Source: an uncultured Roseburia sp. (lineage in GTDB: Bacteria > Bacillota > Clostridia > Lachnospirales > Lachnospiraceae). From it: a DNA stretch of 64,000 nt. Location: contig CAMQVP010000001.1 in NCBI GenBank assembly GCA_947038265.1, positions 124,968 through 188,967 of the forward strand, written 5' to 3'. Below the pieces are notes generated by a model. That model saw nothing but the letters and a program-made list of their open reading frames with translations, was not told where the DNA came from and searched no databases. How positions within the stretch are numbered: the stretch's first letter is position 1; each line of letters opens with the position of its first letter. A program made the position numbers and the translations under genes. Shown here one piece after another: positions 49,314 through 58,733 of the stretch.

Positions 49314-50036
49314 CTATGCCGCTTCCTTCGGCTTTGTCCTCTTGAGGCTTCCCAGCGCCTTTTTGTAGATCTCCGGCGTCATCTGGCCTGTTCCTTTGAG
49401 CTGGTATCTGTCTAAGACCGCTTCCATGGCGATCCCCGTCCGCTCCAGCTCCTTTTCCAGTATCCGCATCTGGCCCGCCGTCAGCCCTTCCGGCGTTTTA
49501 TCAGGAGCTGCTTTATTTTCCGTCTCCCGGTCCAGCCCGTACACTTTCACTCCCCTCTGGTTTACGACTGCAAGAGCTGCAATTTCCCTCCGCCCGTTGT
49601 ACCCGATTGACTGCACGCGGAAACGGTCTTTTGCCACATAGCGGTCCCCATTTTTCTGGATGTCCGCTTTTTCAGCCGGAACCCAGATGAACGGGGCCGT
49701 ATAGAGCTCGCGCCCTATGCCCCAGTTGAAACACGCCCTCTTGAAGGAATCCGAAGCCTGCCCTTTCTCCTTTTCCGAATGACTCATAACGCCCACGTCC
49801 TGTTTTGCGATCCACTGCTTTTTCTCACTGTCCCAGACCTCCACCGTGCAGTACAGGTTCCCGTCGATGCTCTGGTGGCTCCTTTTCCAGCCGAAGGGCG
49901 AAAATGTCTCGTCCAATATCTTCTGGTCCACGCGCGCGTCCTTGAAAAGCAGGAGGCTTAAGCCGTTCCCGTTTATCGTGGACACCCTGCATTCAATCTC
50001 ATCCGCCCGCAGCAGCCGTATCATGTCATCTCCCAT
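49314..50036 (-). CDS. Rad52/22-family single-strand annealing protein (phage SSAP)
   Basis: The motif FSPFGWKRSHQSIDGNLYCTVEVWDSEKKQWIAKQDVGVMSHSEKEKGQASDSFKRACFNWGIGRELY is the Rad52 N-terminal annealing domain signature. Confidence 0.75.
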   Translation of the reverse strand: MGDDMIRLLRADEIECRVSTINGNGLSLLLFKDARVDQKILDETFSPFGWKRSHQSIDGNLYCTVEVWDSEKKQWIAKQDVGVMSHSEKEKGQASDSFKRACFNWGIGRELYTAPFIWVPAEKADIQKNGDRYVAKDRFRVQSIGYNGRREIAALAVVNQRGVKVYGLDRETENKAAPDKTPEGLTAGQMRILEKELERTGIAMEAVLDRYQLKGTGQMTPEIYKKALGSLKRTKPKEAA

Positions 50037-50181
50037 ATGGTTTTTCCTTTCCGTTTTTATATGCTTTTTCATTGCCTGTTCTTTTCTGCTTCTTTTCCGC
50101 TTCTTTCTGCCGCTTTATCCTTCCGCTCCATTCTTTTTGTCATCAGGATGACGGTTCCGGCCGCTTTCCACTGGCTCTGCC

Positions 50182-51111
50182 TTATGCGACAGACAGCCTC
50201 CGGTAGCTGCCCTTCCCACAGTATTCCTCGTAAATCTCCCGGTGTTCCTCTTTCAGCCACTTCTTGTCAAAGGTTGTGGTCGTGACTGTTTTCCAGTCAA
50301 TGCGCCGTTCCCCGACTGTGCCGCTCTCATTTTCTTTCAGGTAAGTTTTGATTTTGTTTGTAACGGCCTCCTTCTGCTCTTTCAGCTCGTCGATCCGGCT
50401 GCTCAGCTCGTCGTACCGTTCGCAGAGCTGCAGGGCCTCTTCCGGCAGTTCTACGCATTTTCCATTGGAAGCGCCATATCTTTCATTCAGGAAATCTGTG
50501 GTTGCGCCGGAGCCGTCCGCTTCCGGCTCTTCTCCTGCCAGCACGCAGTTTTCCCAGAATTCCCGTTCCATGCGGATAATGCTTCTGATCATCTCCTCAT
50601 CCCGGCATACTTCGTGATAGAGGAACGTGTTTCCTCCGACCAGCGCCGCAATGTATGTCTTTTCCGCTCCCGTGACTGCCATGTAGTGCTGGATCTGGTA
50701 CTGGTATTCCAGCGGGACGCCCTCTTCCCAGATCTCCCGCTTGTAGGCGCTGGCTGTCTTTGCCTCAAAGATGCAGAGCTTTCCGTCTTCGTAAATGACG
50801 CCGTCTAAATCCGCAAGCATGAACGGGTATTCCCCGCTCTGCAAAATCGCCATCTTCCTGCGCACCTTCAATCCTGTGCGCCGCATGAACTCTTTCCGGA
50901 CGACGGGTTCCAGCACGTTCCCGAAATAGATATATTCGGATTCCCCCTCTTCCGGTTCTTTCTGTCCGGTCTTGTCCAGCCATAGATCAAATATGGAGCG
51001 GAACGGGTTCACCCCTGCGATCACGGAGGCGTCCGAGCCGCCGATGCCCATGCGCCGCCATTTCAGCCATTCCTTCCGTTCCATGCCGTTTGTCTTCGCT
51101 AAAATTCTCAT
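50182..51111 (-). CDS. YqaJ-like viral recombinase-associated exonuclease (lambda-Exo/PD-(D/E)XK)
   Basis: The YqaJ N-terminus reads WLKWRRMGIGGSDASVIAGVNPFRSIFDLWLDKTG. The start sits at an ATG after GGGAGG. Confidence 0.75.
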   Translation of the reverse strand: MRILAKTNGMERKEWLKWRRMGIGGSDASVIAGVNPFRSIFDLWLDKTGQKEPEEGESEYIYFGNVLEPVVRKEFMRRTGLKVRRKMAILQSGEYPFMLADLDGVIYEDGKLCIFEAKTASAYKREIWEEGVPLEYQYQIQHYMAVTGAEKTYIAALVGGNTFLYHEVCRDEEMIRSIIRMEREFWENCVLAGEEPEADGSGATTDFLNERYGASNGKCVELPEEALQLCERYDELSSRIDELKEQKEAVTNKIKTYLKENESGTVGERRIDWKTVTTTTFDKKWLKEEHREIYEEYCGKGSYRRLSVA

Positions 51112-51191
51112 TTTTTCTTTTCCTCCCTGTAATTTTTTTGTTTTTTTGTTAATTTTGGAAGCATTTCTTCCGGAACATTTCACAGGCCCCG

Positions 51192-52067
51192 CTATGCAAT
51201 GCTTTTCACAAGGCCGTATGCCTTATCAAGCGCGGCATTCCCGTCCATGACTTTTGCAAACAGGCTCTCCCTGCGGTTTGCGCTCCCGCGCAGCGGCTTC
51301 CCGTGGGTGCTGAAATCCGACACTGCGTTTAGGAAGCGGTACGCGTTCTTCGGCACGTCCCTTAAGTCCGGGGCGTCGAAGTAGCGTGCCTTCATGTCTT
51401 CCCTGAGTTTCCGGATGTTGCCCTTCTGCACCCGCCCCATGCCTTCATCCAGGGGAAGAAGCGCGTTCATGCAGTCCTCTGCCTTATGGTCTGCCAGCTT
51501 AATGCGGCTCAAGGCTTCAAACTCCCTGCCGAGCGCATCCATGTAGCGCTCCGCCATAAAGAGCGTATGCTCCGCCTCCCCGATCTTATCCTGCACGCCT
51601 GCCGTGTGCATGGCGGACCAGCTTCTTGCAGCTGTGCCAAGCGCAAGGTTCAAAGTATTGCTGCACACGACACGCACGGGCGTCATCGCCACGCGGATTG
51701 CGCCGCTCCCGTCATGGGTGTTGGAGAAGACCATGTAGGGGCTGACGCGGTCGCCAAGCATAATGTACTCTCTCGGCATCCGCGCCAGAACCCAGACTTT
51801 CCTTCCCCCATTTAAAGAGCCTGCCGTCTCGTAGCGCACGCCTTCGCCCAAAAGCCTGTCCGTAAATGCAAAAGCTTCCTCATTCTGCACCACCCGGTAG
51901 CGATCTGAGACGATCCCCAGGACTTTTTCATCGGAATCCCTCACGTTTGCCTTAAAGCCCGACACAGGCTCCCCGTCTTCCGTTAAGATTTCCTTCTGCA
52001 CGACCTTCCAGCCCAGACCGGACGCCGCCAGCGCCTCCGCGGAGCTTAACGCGTCCGCCACCTTCAC
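51192..52067 (-). CDS. DUF932 domain protein (phage/plasmid-associated)
   Basis: The motif VVQNEEAFAFTDRLL...VFSNTHDGSGAIRVAMTPVRVVCSNTL matches DUF932. A GTG start is likely. Confidence 0.6.
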   Translation of the reverse strand: MKVADALSSAEALAASGLGWKVVQKEILTEDGEPVSGFKANVRDSDEKVLGIVSDRYRVVQNEEAFAFTDRLLGEGVRYETAGSLNGGRKVWVLARMPREYIMLGDRVSPYMVFSNTHDGSGAIRVAMTPVRVVCSNTLNLALGTAARSWSAMHTAGVQDKIGEAEHTLFMAERYMDALGREFEALSRIKLADHKAEDCMNALLPLDEGMGRVQKGNIRKLREDMKARYFDAPDLRDVPKNAYRFLNAVSDFSTHGKPLRGSANRRESLFAKVMDGNAALDKAYGLVKSIA

Positions 52068-52322
52068 CCCCAGCCCATGCCAGGGTTTTTCCCTTGTTTA
52101 AAACATTGTTTCCACATCTGCTGCCATTTCTGCATTCCTCCTTGTATATTAATATATAAAAACAGGGCTGCAGATTCCGCACGCACACGGTTTTCCACAG
52201 CCCTGTTTCTGCCTGTTTTAAATATTCTTCTGCTTATGCTGTTTTTTATTTCCTGCCGGGAACGCGCCAGTACATGAAAGCAGAAAAATGGGGCGTCTGC
52301 TTCCGCCCCATTTCCCTCCCGG

Positions 52323-55300
52323 TTATTTTTTCACTTTCACCGCTTTCTTTATGGTTCTATATGCGCCTTTGATTTTTGCGCCGCCTGCCTGCACGTAGGC
52401 GCACGCCCGGACATAGTATCTCTTCCCGCCTTTCAGGTTTGTTAATTTCTTTGAAACCGTCTTGTTTTTCTTAACCGTGGCGGTTTTTACGTTTTTCCGG
52501 AACTTTTTGTCCGTGCTGCACTCTATAATATATCCGGTGGCGGCCTTGTCCTTCTTCCACTTCACCGTGAGCGTCTTTGCTTTTGTGGATTTCGCGGAAG
52601 TTCCGGACAGCTTCTTTGGCGCCACCGTAAGCGTTATTGTCTTTGACGCGGCCTGGTACCTGCCGTTTGCCGCAGCGGTGATTACAATCTCCGTCACGCC
52701 GCAGCCTTTCAGCGTCACGGCGCCGTTTCCGTCCACGGAGGCGACTGCCGGGTTTTTCACGGCGTAGGACAGCGCGCCGCCTCCGCTTGATTTTGCGCCG
52801 ATGGAAAACGGCCTGTCGCCGTAAGTTTTGGCAAGGTCGGCGGCCGTGACGGTCTGTGTTTTTTTATTCTCCGGCTTCTCCTGGCTGCTGCCTCCTGCGT
52901 CTGGCTTCTGCGCGCCTCCCGGCTTCTGATCCCCTCCGGGCTTTGGGCTTACCGTGACGGCAATCGTTTTCTCTGCCGGGCCGTAATTCTCCGTCTCGGA
53001 AGCCTTTATGGTGATCCGGGCCGTCCCAGCCCCCATAAGGACCACAGTCCCTTTCGCGGACACAACCGCGACGGCTTCATTGTCGCTCTCATAGGACAGC
53101 GCGCCGTCCCCGTCCGTGCTGGCCCCGATGGGAAATGGCCCGTCTCCGAATGTTTTTTCAAAATCGCCCGCCATGATCGTCTGCGGCTCCTTCTCGTCCG
53201 CCGATGCCTTATGCCGGATGCCGTTCTCCACCGCATACGCCGCCGCCGAGCCCCTGGCGCAGACCATGCAGAGCCCCTCGCTGCAGCCCGCAAAGGCTCC
53301 CTCACCGATGGTCTGCACGCTTTCCGGGACTATGGCCTGCTCCAGGGCTGTGCAGCCTGCAAAGGCTCCAGCCCCGATCTCCTTCACGTTCGCGCCGACC
53401 CTCACCCTCTGCAGCGCCTCTATGCCGTAACAGGCTCTTTCTGCAATGGAGGACACCTCATATGTGCTTCCATTGATTGTTACGAGGTTTGGTATTGTTA
53501 CCACTGTGCGGTCATCATTAAGGCTCGTAAAGCACGCCTCTTTTGGCTCCGTGCTGGTGATTGTATACGTGCATCCCCCTATGTCATAGCTGGTCCCTGC
53601 CAGATCTGCGGGAGGCGGGTTTTCCCCGGCCCCTGACGCCGGGTTTACCGTGATGGTGATCACTTTCTGCGCCGCCTCGTATTCACTTGTTTCAGCCGCG
53701 GCAATGGTGACCTGTGCCGTTCCGGCTCCAATGACTGCCGCAACTCCTTTTGAGGAGACAATGACCACAGACTCATCGCTGGACTGATAAGACAGCACCC
53801 CGTCGCCGTCCGTGCTGGCTCCAATCGGGAATGCCGCGTCACCGACTGTCTTCGTATGGTTGCTTGCTGTAATCGTCTGTGGCTTTTTTGATATGACGGA
53901 ATAATCCATTCCATGTTTTTTTGCATATCTCTCTGCATAAGAACCCTTTGCACAATAAATGCATAAATCATCCCCGCATCCGTAAAAAGCATTGTAGCCT
54001 ATTTCCTCGACGCTGCCCGGCATGACAACTTCCTCCACTCCCAGACAGCCCTCGAAAGATGCATCGCCAATAATCTGTACGCCATCTGCCACTGTTATCC
54101 TGCCTTCCTTTCCCGCAGGGCATCGGATAAGGCTTTTAGGAGCTGCGTCTTCTCCTTTTCTGTATAGAATCCCATCCAAAGAAATATATACCCCGTTGTT
54201 TTTATCCACCATTATTTCCGTCACTCTTTTGCAGCTGGAAAAAGCATCTTCCGCTATGCCGGTAATGTCCTGTGGTATAGTTACGCTACCCTGCTTCCCG
54301 GCTGGACAGAACTGTAGTATGCGGCCCAGATACAGCATCCCTTCCCGTACGCTGAATAGCCTGTTCGCTTCATTCACTGTTATTTCCGCTAAATTCGTAC
54401 AGTCGCTAAATACGTCTGCAATTGAGGATTCTTCATCTCCTATTGACGCAATGCTTTTTGGCATTGCAATTCCTGTAATTCCACCGCAGCCGATAAATGC
54501 TGAAGCTTCTATATATTGAGCCTTTTCTTGAACGTCAATGGCTCCCTGCTTTCCTGCTGGACAGCAGACGAGGCGGGTTCCCGAATTTCCAAATTTGGAT
54601 CCTATATAATACAACGCGCCGTCCGAAGAACAATAATTTACATTCTCTTTGTCCACAACTATCTCGGCTAACCTGCTGCAGCCTTTAAAAGCGGTGTATT
54701 CAAGATTTCCATACTCATCATATGCTATATCTGTAACATCTTTTGAAATATTAATCCTTTCTAAATTACTGCAGCCATAAAACGCTCCGCGCTCTATTTG
54801 CGCCACATTATCCGGCACTGTGACGATTCCCTGCTTTCCAGCCGGACAGAATATCAAAGAAACGATTGATTCTTCATATTCATTTAGTACATTTTTATAT
54901 AATATGCCGTCTAAAGAACTGCAATATCTACTATTCGCATCCACAACGATCTCCGTCAGATTGCTGCATCCAAAAAATGACGCGGCGCTTACGATCATGA
55001 CGCTTTCTGGTATGGTTATGCTTGTCAATTCCCTGCAGTTATAAAATGATACAGAGTCTCCTTTGTCTCCAATCATTCTTACCCCTTCTGGTATTACCAA
55101 GCTCCCCTTCTTTCCTGCTGGACAGCAAAGCAGTTTTGTCCTGTCGCTATTATACAACACCCCTTCTAAGGAACTAAATTCTGTGTTGCCTGAATCAACC
55201 GAAATTTTTGATAAGTAAGGGCAGTTGCTTAATGCATTATATCCCAAAACTTTAACAGAATAAATTGGGCCTAGCTCGCGTTCATATCGCCATGTGTATG

Positions 55301-56018
55301 TAGCAATTGCCGTGACGCTTTCTGGTATAGTAATGTCACCTTGTTTTCCAGCCGGACAGCAGAGTAGAGTCGCCATGCTTTTATCGTACAGGACGCCATC
55401 TTTCGAACTATACTGCGCATTGCCTTCCCCCACTATAATCTCTGTCAATTTTTTGCAGTCATTGAGCGGCATATATGAGCCATATTCTTCATCAAGATAA
55501 CCAATTTTAGCAACGCTTTCAGGTATGGTAATGCTTCCTCTTTTCCCTTTTGGGCAATGAAGCAGGCTCGTCTTGCTTTCATTATACAGGATTCCATCCT
55601 GTGAGCTATACCACGCATTGCCTTCCTCTACAATAATCTCTGTCAGATTTTCACAGTCGTCAAATGCCATATGTGGGTAAACTCCGTAATCTCTGTCTTC
55701 TTCCTCAATCTCCTTAACGCCTTCCGGTATTGTAACGCTTTCTAACTGACTACAGCCGCTAAATGCATTCATTCCTATCTTCACAACCATCTTTCCGTCT
55801 ATTTCAAACGGAATAGCAAGAACATTGGCACTGCCTTTATATTTGATAATTTCAACTTTTCCAGCCTCCAGTTCCTTATACTCAAATCCGTCTTCTATGC
55901 TTTCCGCATTACCTGCCTCCCGCGCCTCCGCCGCTTTCGCCTCATGCATCCCGGCGGGATAGCTTACTGTGCCCGCTGTAACGCAAAGCGCCAGCAGGGC
56001 TGCCATGATTCTCTTCAT
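52323..56018 (-). CDS. Secreted cell-surface protein: signal peptide, multiple BspA-type leucine-rich repeats, 3x Big_2 Ig-like domains, C-terminal fibronectin type III domain
   Basis: The signal peptide reads MKRIMAALLALCVTAGTVSYPAG. The repeats read GNAxYSSxDGVLYxK..T.LLCCPAGKQG.ITIPESV. The Big_2 domains read TVGDAAFPIGASTDGDGVLSYQSSDESVVIVSSKG..VIGAGTAQVTI, three times. The FN3 domain reads TLTVKWKKDKAATGYIIECSTDKKF...KRYYVRACAY. The start sits after AGGAGG. Confidence 0.7.
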   Translation of the reverse strand: MKRIMAALLALCVTAGTVSYPAGMHEAKAAEAREAGNAESIEDGFEYKELEAGKVEIIKYKGSANVLAIPFEIDGKMVVKIGMNAFSGCSQLESVTIPEGVKEIEEEDRDYGVYPHMAFDDCENLTEIIVEEGNAWYSSQDGILYNESKTSLLHCPKGKRGSITIPESVAKIGYLDEEYGSYMPLNDCKKLTEIIVGEGNAQYSSKDGVLYDKSMATLLCCPAGKQGDITIPESVTAIATYTWRYERELGPIYSVKVLGYNALSNCPYLSKISVDSGNTEFSSLEGVLYNSDRTKLLCCPAGKKGSLVIPEGVRMIGDKGDSVSFYNCRELTSITIPESVMIVSAASFFGCSNLTEIVVDANSRYCSSLDGILYKNVLNEYEESIVSLIFCPAGKQGIVTVPDNVAQIERGAFYGCSNLERINISKDVTDIAYDEYGNLEYTAFKGCSRLAEIVVDKENVNYCSSDGALYYIGSKFGNSGTRLVCCPAGKQGAIDVQEKAQYIEASAFIGCGGITGIAMPKSIASIGDEESSIADVFSDCTNLAEITVNEANRLFSVREGMLYLGRILQFCPAGKQGSVTIPQDITGIAEDAFSSCKRVTEIMVDKNNGVYISLDGILYRKGEDAAPKSLIRCPAGKEGRITVADGVQIIGDASFEGCLGVEEVVMPGSVEEIGYNAFYGCGDDLCIYCAKGSYAERYAKKHGMDYSVISKKPQTITASNHTKTVGDAAFPIGASTDGDGVLSYQSSDESVVIVSSKGVAAVIGAGTAQVTIAAAETSEYEAAQKVITITVNPASGAGENPPPADLAGTSYDIGGCTYTITSTEPKEACFTSLNDDRTVVTIPNLVTINGSTYEVSSIAERACYGIEALQRVRVGANVKEIGAGAFAGCTALEQAIVPESVQTIGEGAFAGCSEGLCMVCARGSAAAYAVENGIRHKASADEKEPQTIMAGDFEKTFGDGPFPIGASTDGDGALSYESDNEAVAVVSAKGTVVLMGAGTARITIKASETENYGPAEKTIAVTVSPKPGGDQKPGGAQKPDAGGSSQEKPENKKTQTVTAADLAKTYGDRPFSIGAKSSGGGALSYAVKNPAVASVDGNGAVTLKGCGVTEIVITAAANGRYQAASKTITLTVAPKKLSGTSAKSTKAKTLTVKWKKDKAATGYIIECSTDKKFRKNVKTATVKKNKTVSKKLTNLKGGKRYYVRACAYVQAGGAKIKGAYRTIKKAVKVKK

Positions 56019-56296
56019 ATCGTTCCTCCTTTGATTTTTGTCTTTTTGTCTTTCCATAATTCAAACCCTTATGCGCATCCCTTGCCTCTTTTCATTTGTA
56101 AATGCCTTGCATCTCCCCTTTCCCGCTCTTCCTAAAAGCCGACTTTCTTTTTTCTGAAAATGGCTTTTCACTCCATCATGCCTTACATTTTATATCCTCT
56201 AAGCAAATTTTACAATGCTTATAGCAATTATATTTTCTCCCAAAGCAAAACGCAGCATTATATCATGAATAAAACAAACTCTGGAGGTGAATGATT

Positions 56297-56587
56297 ATGG
56301 TAAACGGTCTCGGCAAGCGTCTGGAACAGGCAAGGGTAAACCTGCACCTTTCGCAGAAGGAAGCCGCGGCGGCGATCGGAGCGTCCGCCTCCGTCATTTC
56401 CAATTATGAGAGCGGGGAGCGCACGCCAAGCGTGGAGAACCTCATGGCCTTAGCCTCCCTGTACCGCTGCTCCACCGACTATCTGCTCGGCCTTCAAAAG
56501 CCGTCCGACGCTTATGTTGACGCTTCCATGCTGGACGGCAGGCAGCGCCAGCTCCTGCAGGACTTCCTTCGGGGACTGGGCGGTTAG
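56297..56587 (+). CDS. XRE-family HTH regulator
   Basis: The HTH reads LEQARVNLHLSQKEAAAAIGASASVISNYESGERTPSVENLMALASLY. The RBS GGAGGTGA lies 8 nt before the ATG at 56297. Confidence 0.8.
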   Translation: MVNGLGKRLEQARVNLHLSQKEAAAAIGASASVISNYESGERTPSVENLMALASLYRCSTDYLLGLQKPSDAYVDASMLDGRQRQLLQDFLRGLGG

Positions 56588-56609
56588 GCCGTCATCTCTT
56601 TTCCGTCCG

Positions 56610-56963
56610 TCATTCCTCTTCCTGCCGCATATATGCGGACAGTTCTTTTTTCATGTCTTTTAAGTTTCCATGTATCATTTTCAGGATTCTGGCATGGATT
56701 CCGTCTGACTTCTGTATCTCCATATCATTTTCCAGTAAAATAAGGAGGCTTAATGCATCTGACAGCATTTCGTTTATCTGTTCCAGCTTTATGTCCTGTC
56801 CCTGTTCTTCTTTTTTCTCAAATCCCACGTAACATTCCCCCTGTTCCTTCTTTTCTCTTTCCGTCCCGATTCTTCCCTTTTTCTTTATTCCTGAAACCCG
56901 GCGCTGCCTGCCTGGTCTGTCATATCCTCTGGGTGTCTGCCAGGCTGTTCCTCCATCTCCCAA
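56610..56963 (-). CDS. Hypothetical ORF; possibly out-of-frame C-terminal remnant of the relaxase
   Basis: The ORF lies downstream of the truncated relaxase N-domain in a different frame. Only its C-terminal ~55 aa (MLSDALSLLILLENDMEIQK...) look protein-like. Confidence 0.25.
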   Translation of the reverse strand: MGDGGTAWQTPRGYDRPGRQRRVSGIKKKGRIGTEREKKEQGECYVGFEKKEEQGQDIKLEQINEMLSDALSLLILLENDMEIQKSDGIHARILKMIHGNLKDMKKELSAYMRQEEE

Positions 56964-57153
56964 AATATACCTTGTACCGCAGCCCCTCCAGCTTTCTGTA
57001 TATCTGATGCATCACAGTTACAGGAAAATAATATATAACTCAAAACGCCGCAGAAACAGCCGCACGGTTCTATGTCCCACAGGGAGCATAGAAACCTGCT
57101 CCCAGACACAGCCTGTTCTTTCATAACAAGCCGTCAGGGAATATGCGGCCATG

Positions 57154-57684
57154 TCATTTCTCTATCTCCTCTTTTAAGATCTGCCTGAACCTGTCCTGCC
57201 GTTCCCGTGTCTGCCTCATATTCTCGCGCCGTTTGTTTCCTGTGGTAAAATTTACGCTGTTAATGACAAAATGAATATGTATGCAGTCATTGCCACTGTC
57301 TTTCGTATGTGCGCCATATACAACCTGGCAGTGGTCCCTCTCATAAAAATCATATGCCATTTTCCGTGCAATCTTATCCACGTCTATTCTTTTTTCCTTA
57401 ATATGCCTTTCTTCCACAGATGAACAGGAATAAATCTCATGGTCCACATACCGCCCAAATTTACCTTTCCTCCTGTGCATCTTCTGTACGTCTTCAAACT
57501 GCCTTGTCATTCCTTCCGTCCCCGTAAATTCTGCAACGCCTATGCCGCCCCATGTAATCAGGTCATTGTCCGGCTTTCCATTTGTGCGCGTTACATACCG
57601 GATCAAATATACCATATCCTGAAAATTAGAATATTTTCCTTTTCTGGCTTTGTTAAGTAATAATCCGTATTCTGAACTTTTCAT
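57154..57684 (-). CDS. Relaxase/mobilization nuclease N-terminal domain (MobA/VirD2-like), apparently truncated
   Basis: The HUH motif III HTKDSGNDCIHIHFVINSVN fits HxDxxxxxHxHxxxN. The ORF stops 22 aa later, so only 176 aa remain, and it overlaps the mobC stop by 4 nt. Confidence 0.6.
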   Translation of the reverse strand: MKSSEYGLLLNKARKGKYSNFQDMVYLIRYVTRTNGKPDNDLITWGGIGVAEFTGTEGMTRQFEDVQKMHRRKGKFGRYVDHEIYSCSSVEERHIKEKRIDVDKIARKMAYDFYERDHCQVVYGAHTKDSGNDCIHIHFVINSVNFTTGNKRRENMRQTRERQDRFRQILKEEIEK

Positions 57685-57971
57685 TTTCTAAAATCCTCCC
57701 CAAATTTTTTCAGCGCCGTCTGAAATATTTTCCTCACCTCCTGCTCCGTCTGCCTGCCGTCAGACATTACCAGGCCATGATAAATCTCATTTAACAAATT
57801 ACAGATGTCAATTTTATCTGAAATAAAACGATAACTACTGATTTTTTCTTCCATGCTTTTTCTCAATATATAGACACTCATGCTTTCATTATTTTGTTTT
57901 GATAAGTATTTTAATTTTTCTTTTTGTTCTTTTGTTACTCGTAGTTTTATAGATTCATTTTTTGTTTTCAT
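57681..57971 (-). CDS. mobC: MobC-like ribbon-helix-helix mobilization accessory protein
   Basis: The RHH segment reads IKLRVTKEQKEKLKYLSKQNNESMSVYI. The gene is translationally coupled to the relaxase ORF. Confidence 0.6.
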   Translation of the reverse strand: MKTKNESIKLRVTKEQKEKLKYLSKQNNESMSVYILRKSMEEKISSYRFISDKIDICNLLNEIYHGLVMSDGRQTEQEVRKIFQTALKKFGEDFRK

Positions 57972-58258
57972 TCTTTTCTCCTTTTATAAATTTAAATATA
58001 TATAGCAGGTACGCAATTTTTCTTTTCATTTTTCATAAAATTCTGCTGTTTTACAAATGCATATCGTTGTTAAATTCTAATTTTTTTGTGGGTACATTTT
58101 TTTGATTCCTTATCAAATTGTCAGAAGCCATTTATCGTTTTGTTAGACATAACATAAAAATAATGAGGATCATAAATGCGCATGACCTCTATTGCTCAGT
58201 TGTGAGTAGAAAAATAATTATTTATAATTGAAGCATTCCGCTTTGGAAAGGAGAGAAA

Positions 58259-58414
58259 ATGGACGACTATTACATGACCGTAAAAGAATTCTGTGAGAGG
58301 CTGCAGGTCAGCCCGTCAACTGTTTACCGGATGATAAAGAACCATATGATCCCTGCTGTGAAATTTGGACGGTATTGGAAAATACCAAGAAGCGTATTTG
58401 ATTCCATACATTAG
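58259..58414 (+). CDS. Excisionase-family HTH DNA-binding protein (second xis-like gene)
   Basis: The 51-aa protein reads MDDYYMTVKEFCERLQVSPSTVYRMIKNHMIPAVKFGRYWKIPRSVFDSIH, with RBS GGAAAGGAGAG. It is not in the ORF track. Confidence 0.8.
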   Translation: MDDYYMTVKEFCERLQVSPSTVYRMIKNHMIPAVKFGRYWKIPRSVFDSIH

Positions 58415-58505
58415 TTTTTCAGAAAACAATCGGGAAGAACCATTGTTTGATTCTCCCCGACAGTACAAGTTCTTTATTTACAACATCAAAATTTATTTTT
58501 CAAAA

Positions 58506-58733
58506 TCAAAGCCTTATGGCATTGCCTGAAAAAGGATGCGCCCGTTCAAAATCAGAAGCCTCCCTGCTGATTTCTTCCGGCGTTTTCCTGTCAAAATACC
58601 CTCTTTGCCATTTTGTATAATCAAATTTTTCTCTGATAACAAAGGAAATGAACTGCTCTGCCTCCACAATTCCCATTTGATCTGTCAGGCATTTCATGCC
58701 CCTGTTCATAATTTCAACCATATTTGCAGACAT
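58506..58733 (-). CDS. Small hypothetical protein (75 aa), translationally coupled partner of the PIN-like gene
   Basis: Its start abuts the PIN ORF stop (58733/58734). I recognised no motif. Confidence 0.35.
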   Translation of the reverse strand: MSANMVEIMNRGMKCLTDQMGIVEAEQFISFVIREKFDYTKWQRGYFDRKTPEEISREASDFERAHPFSGNAIRL

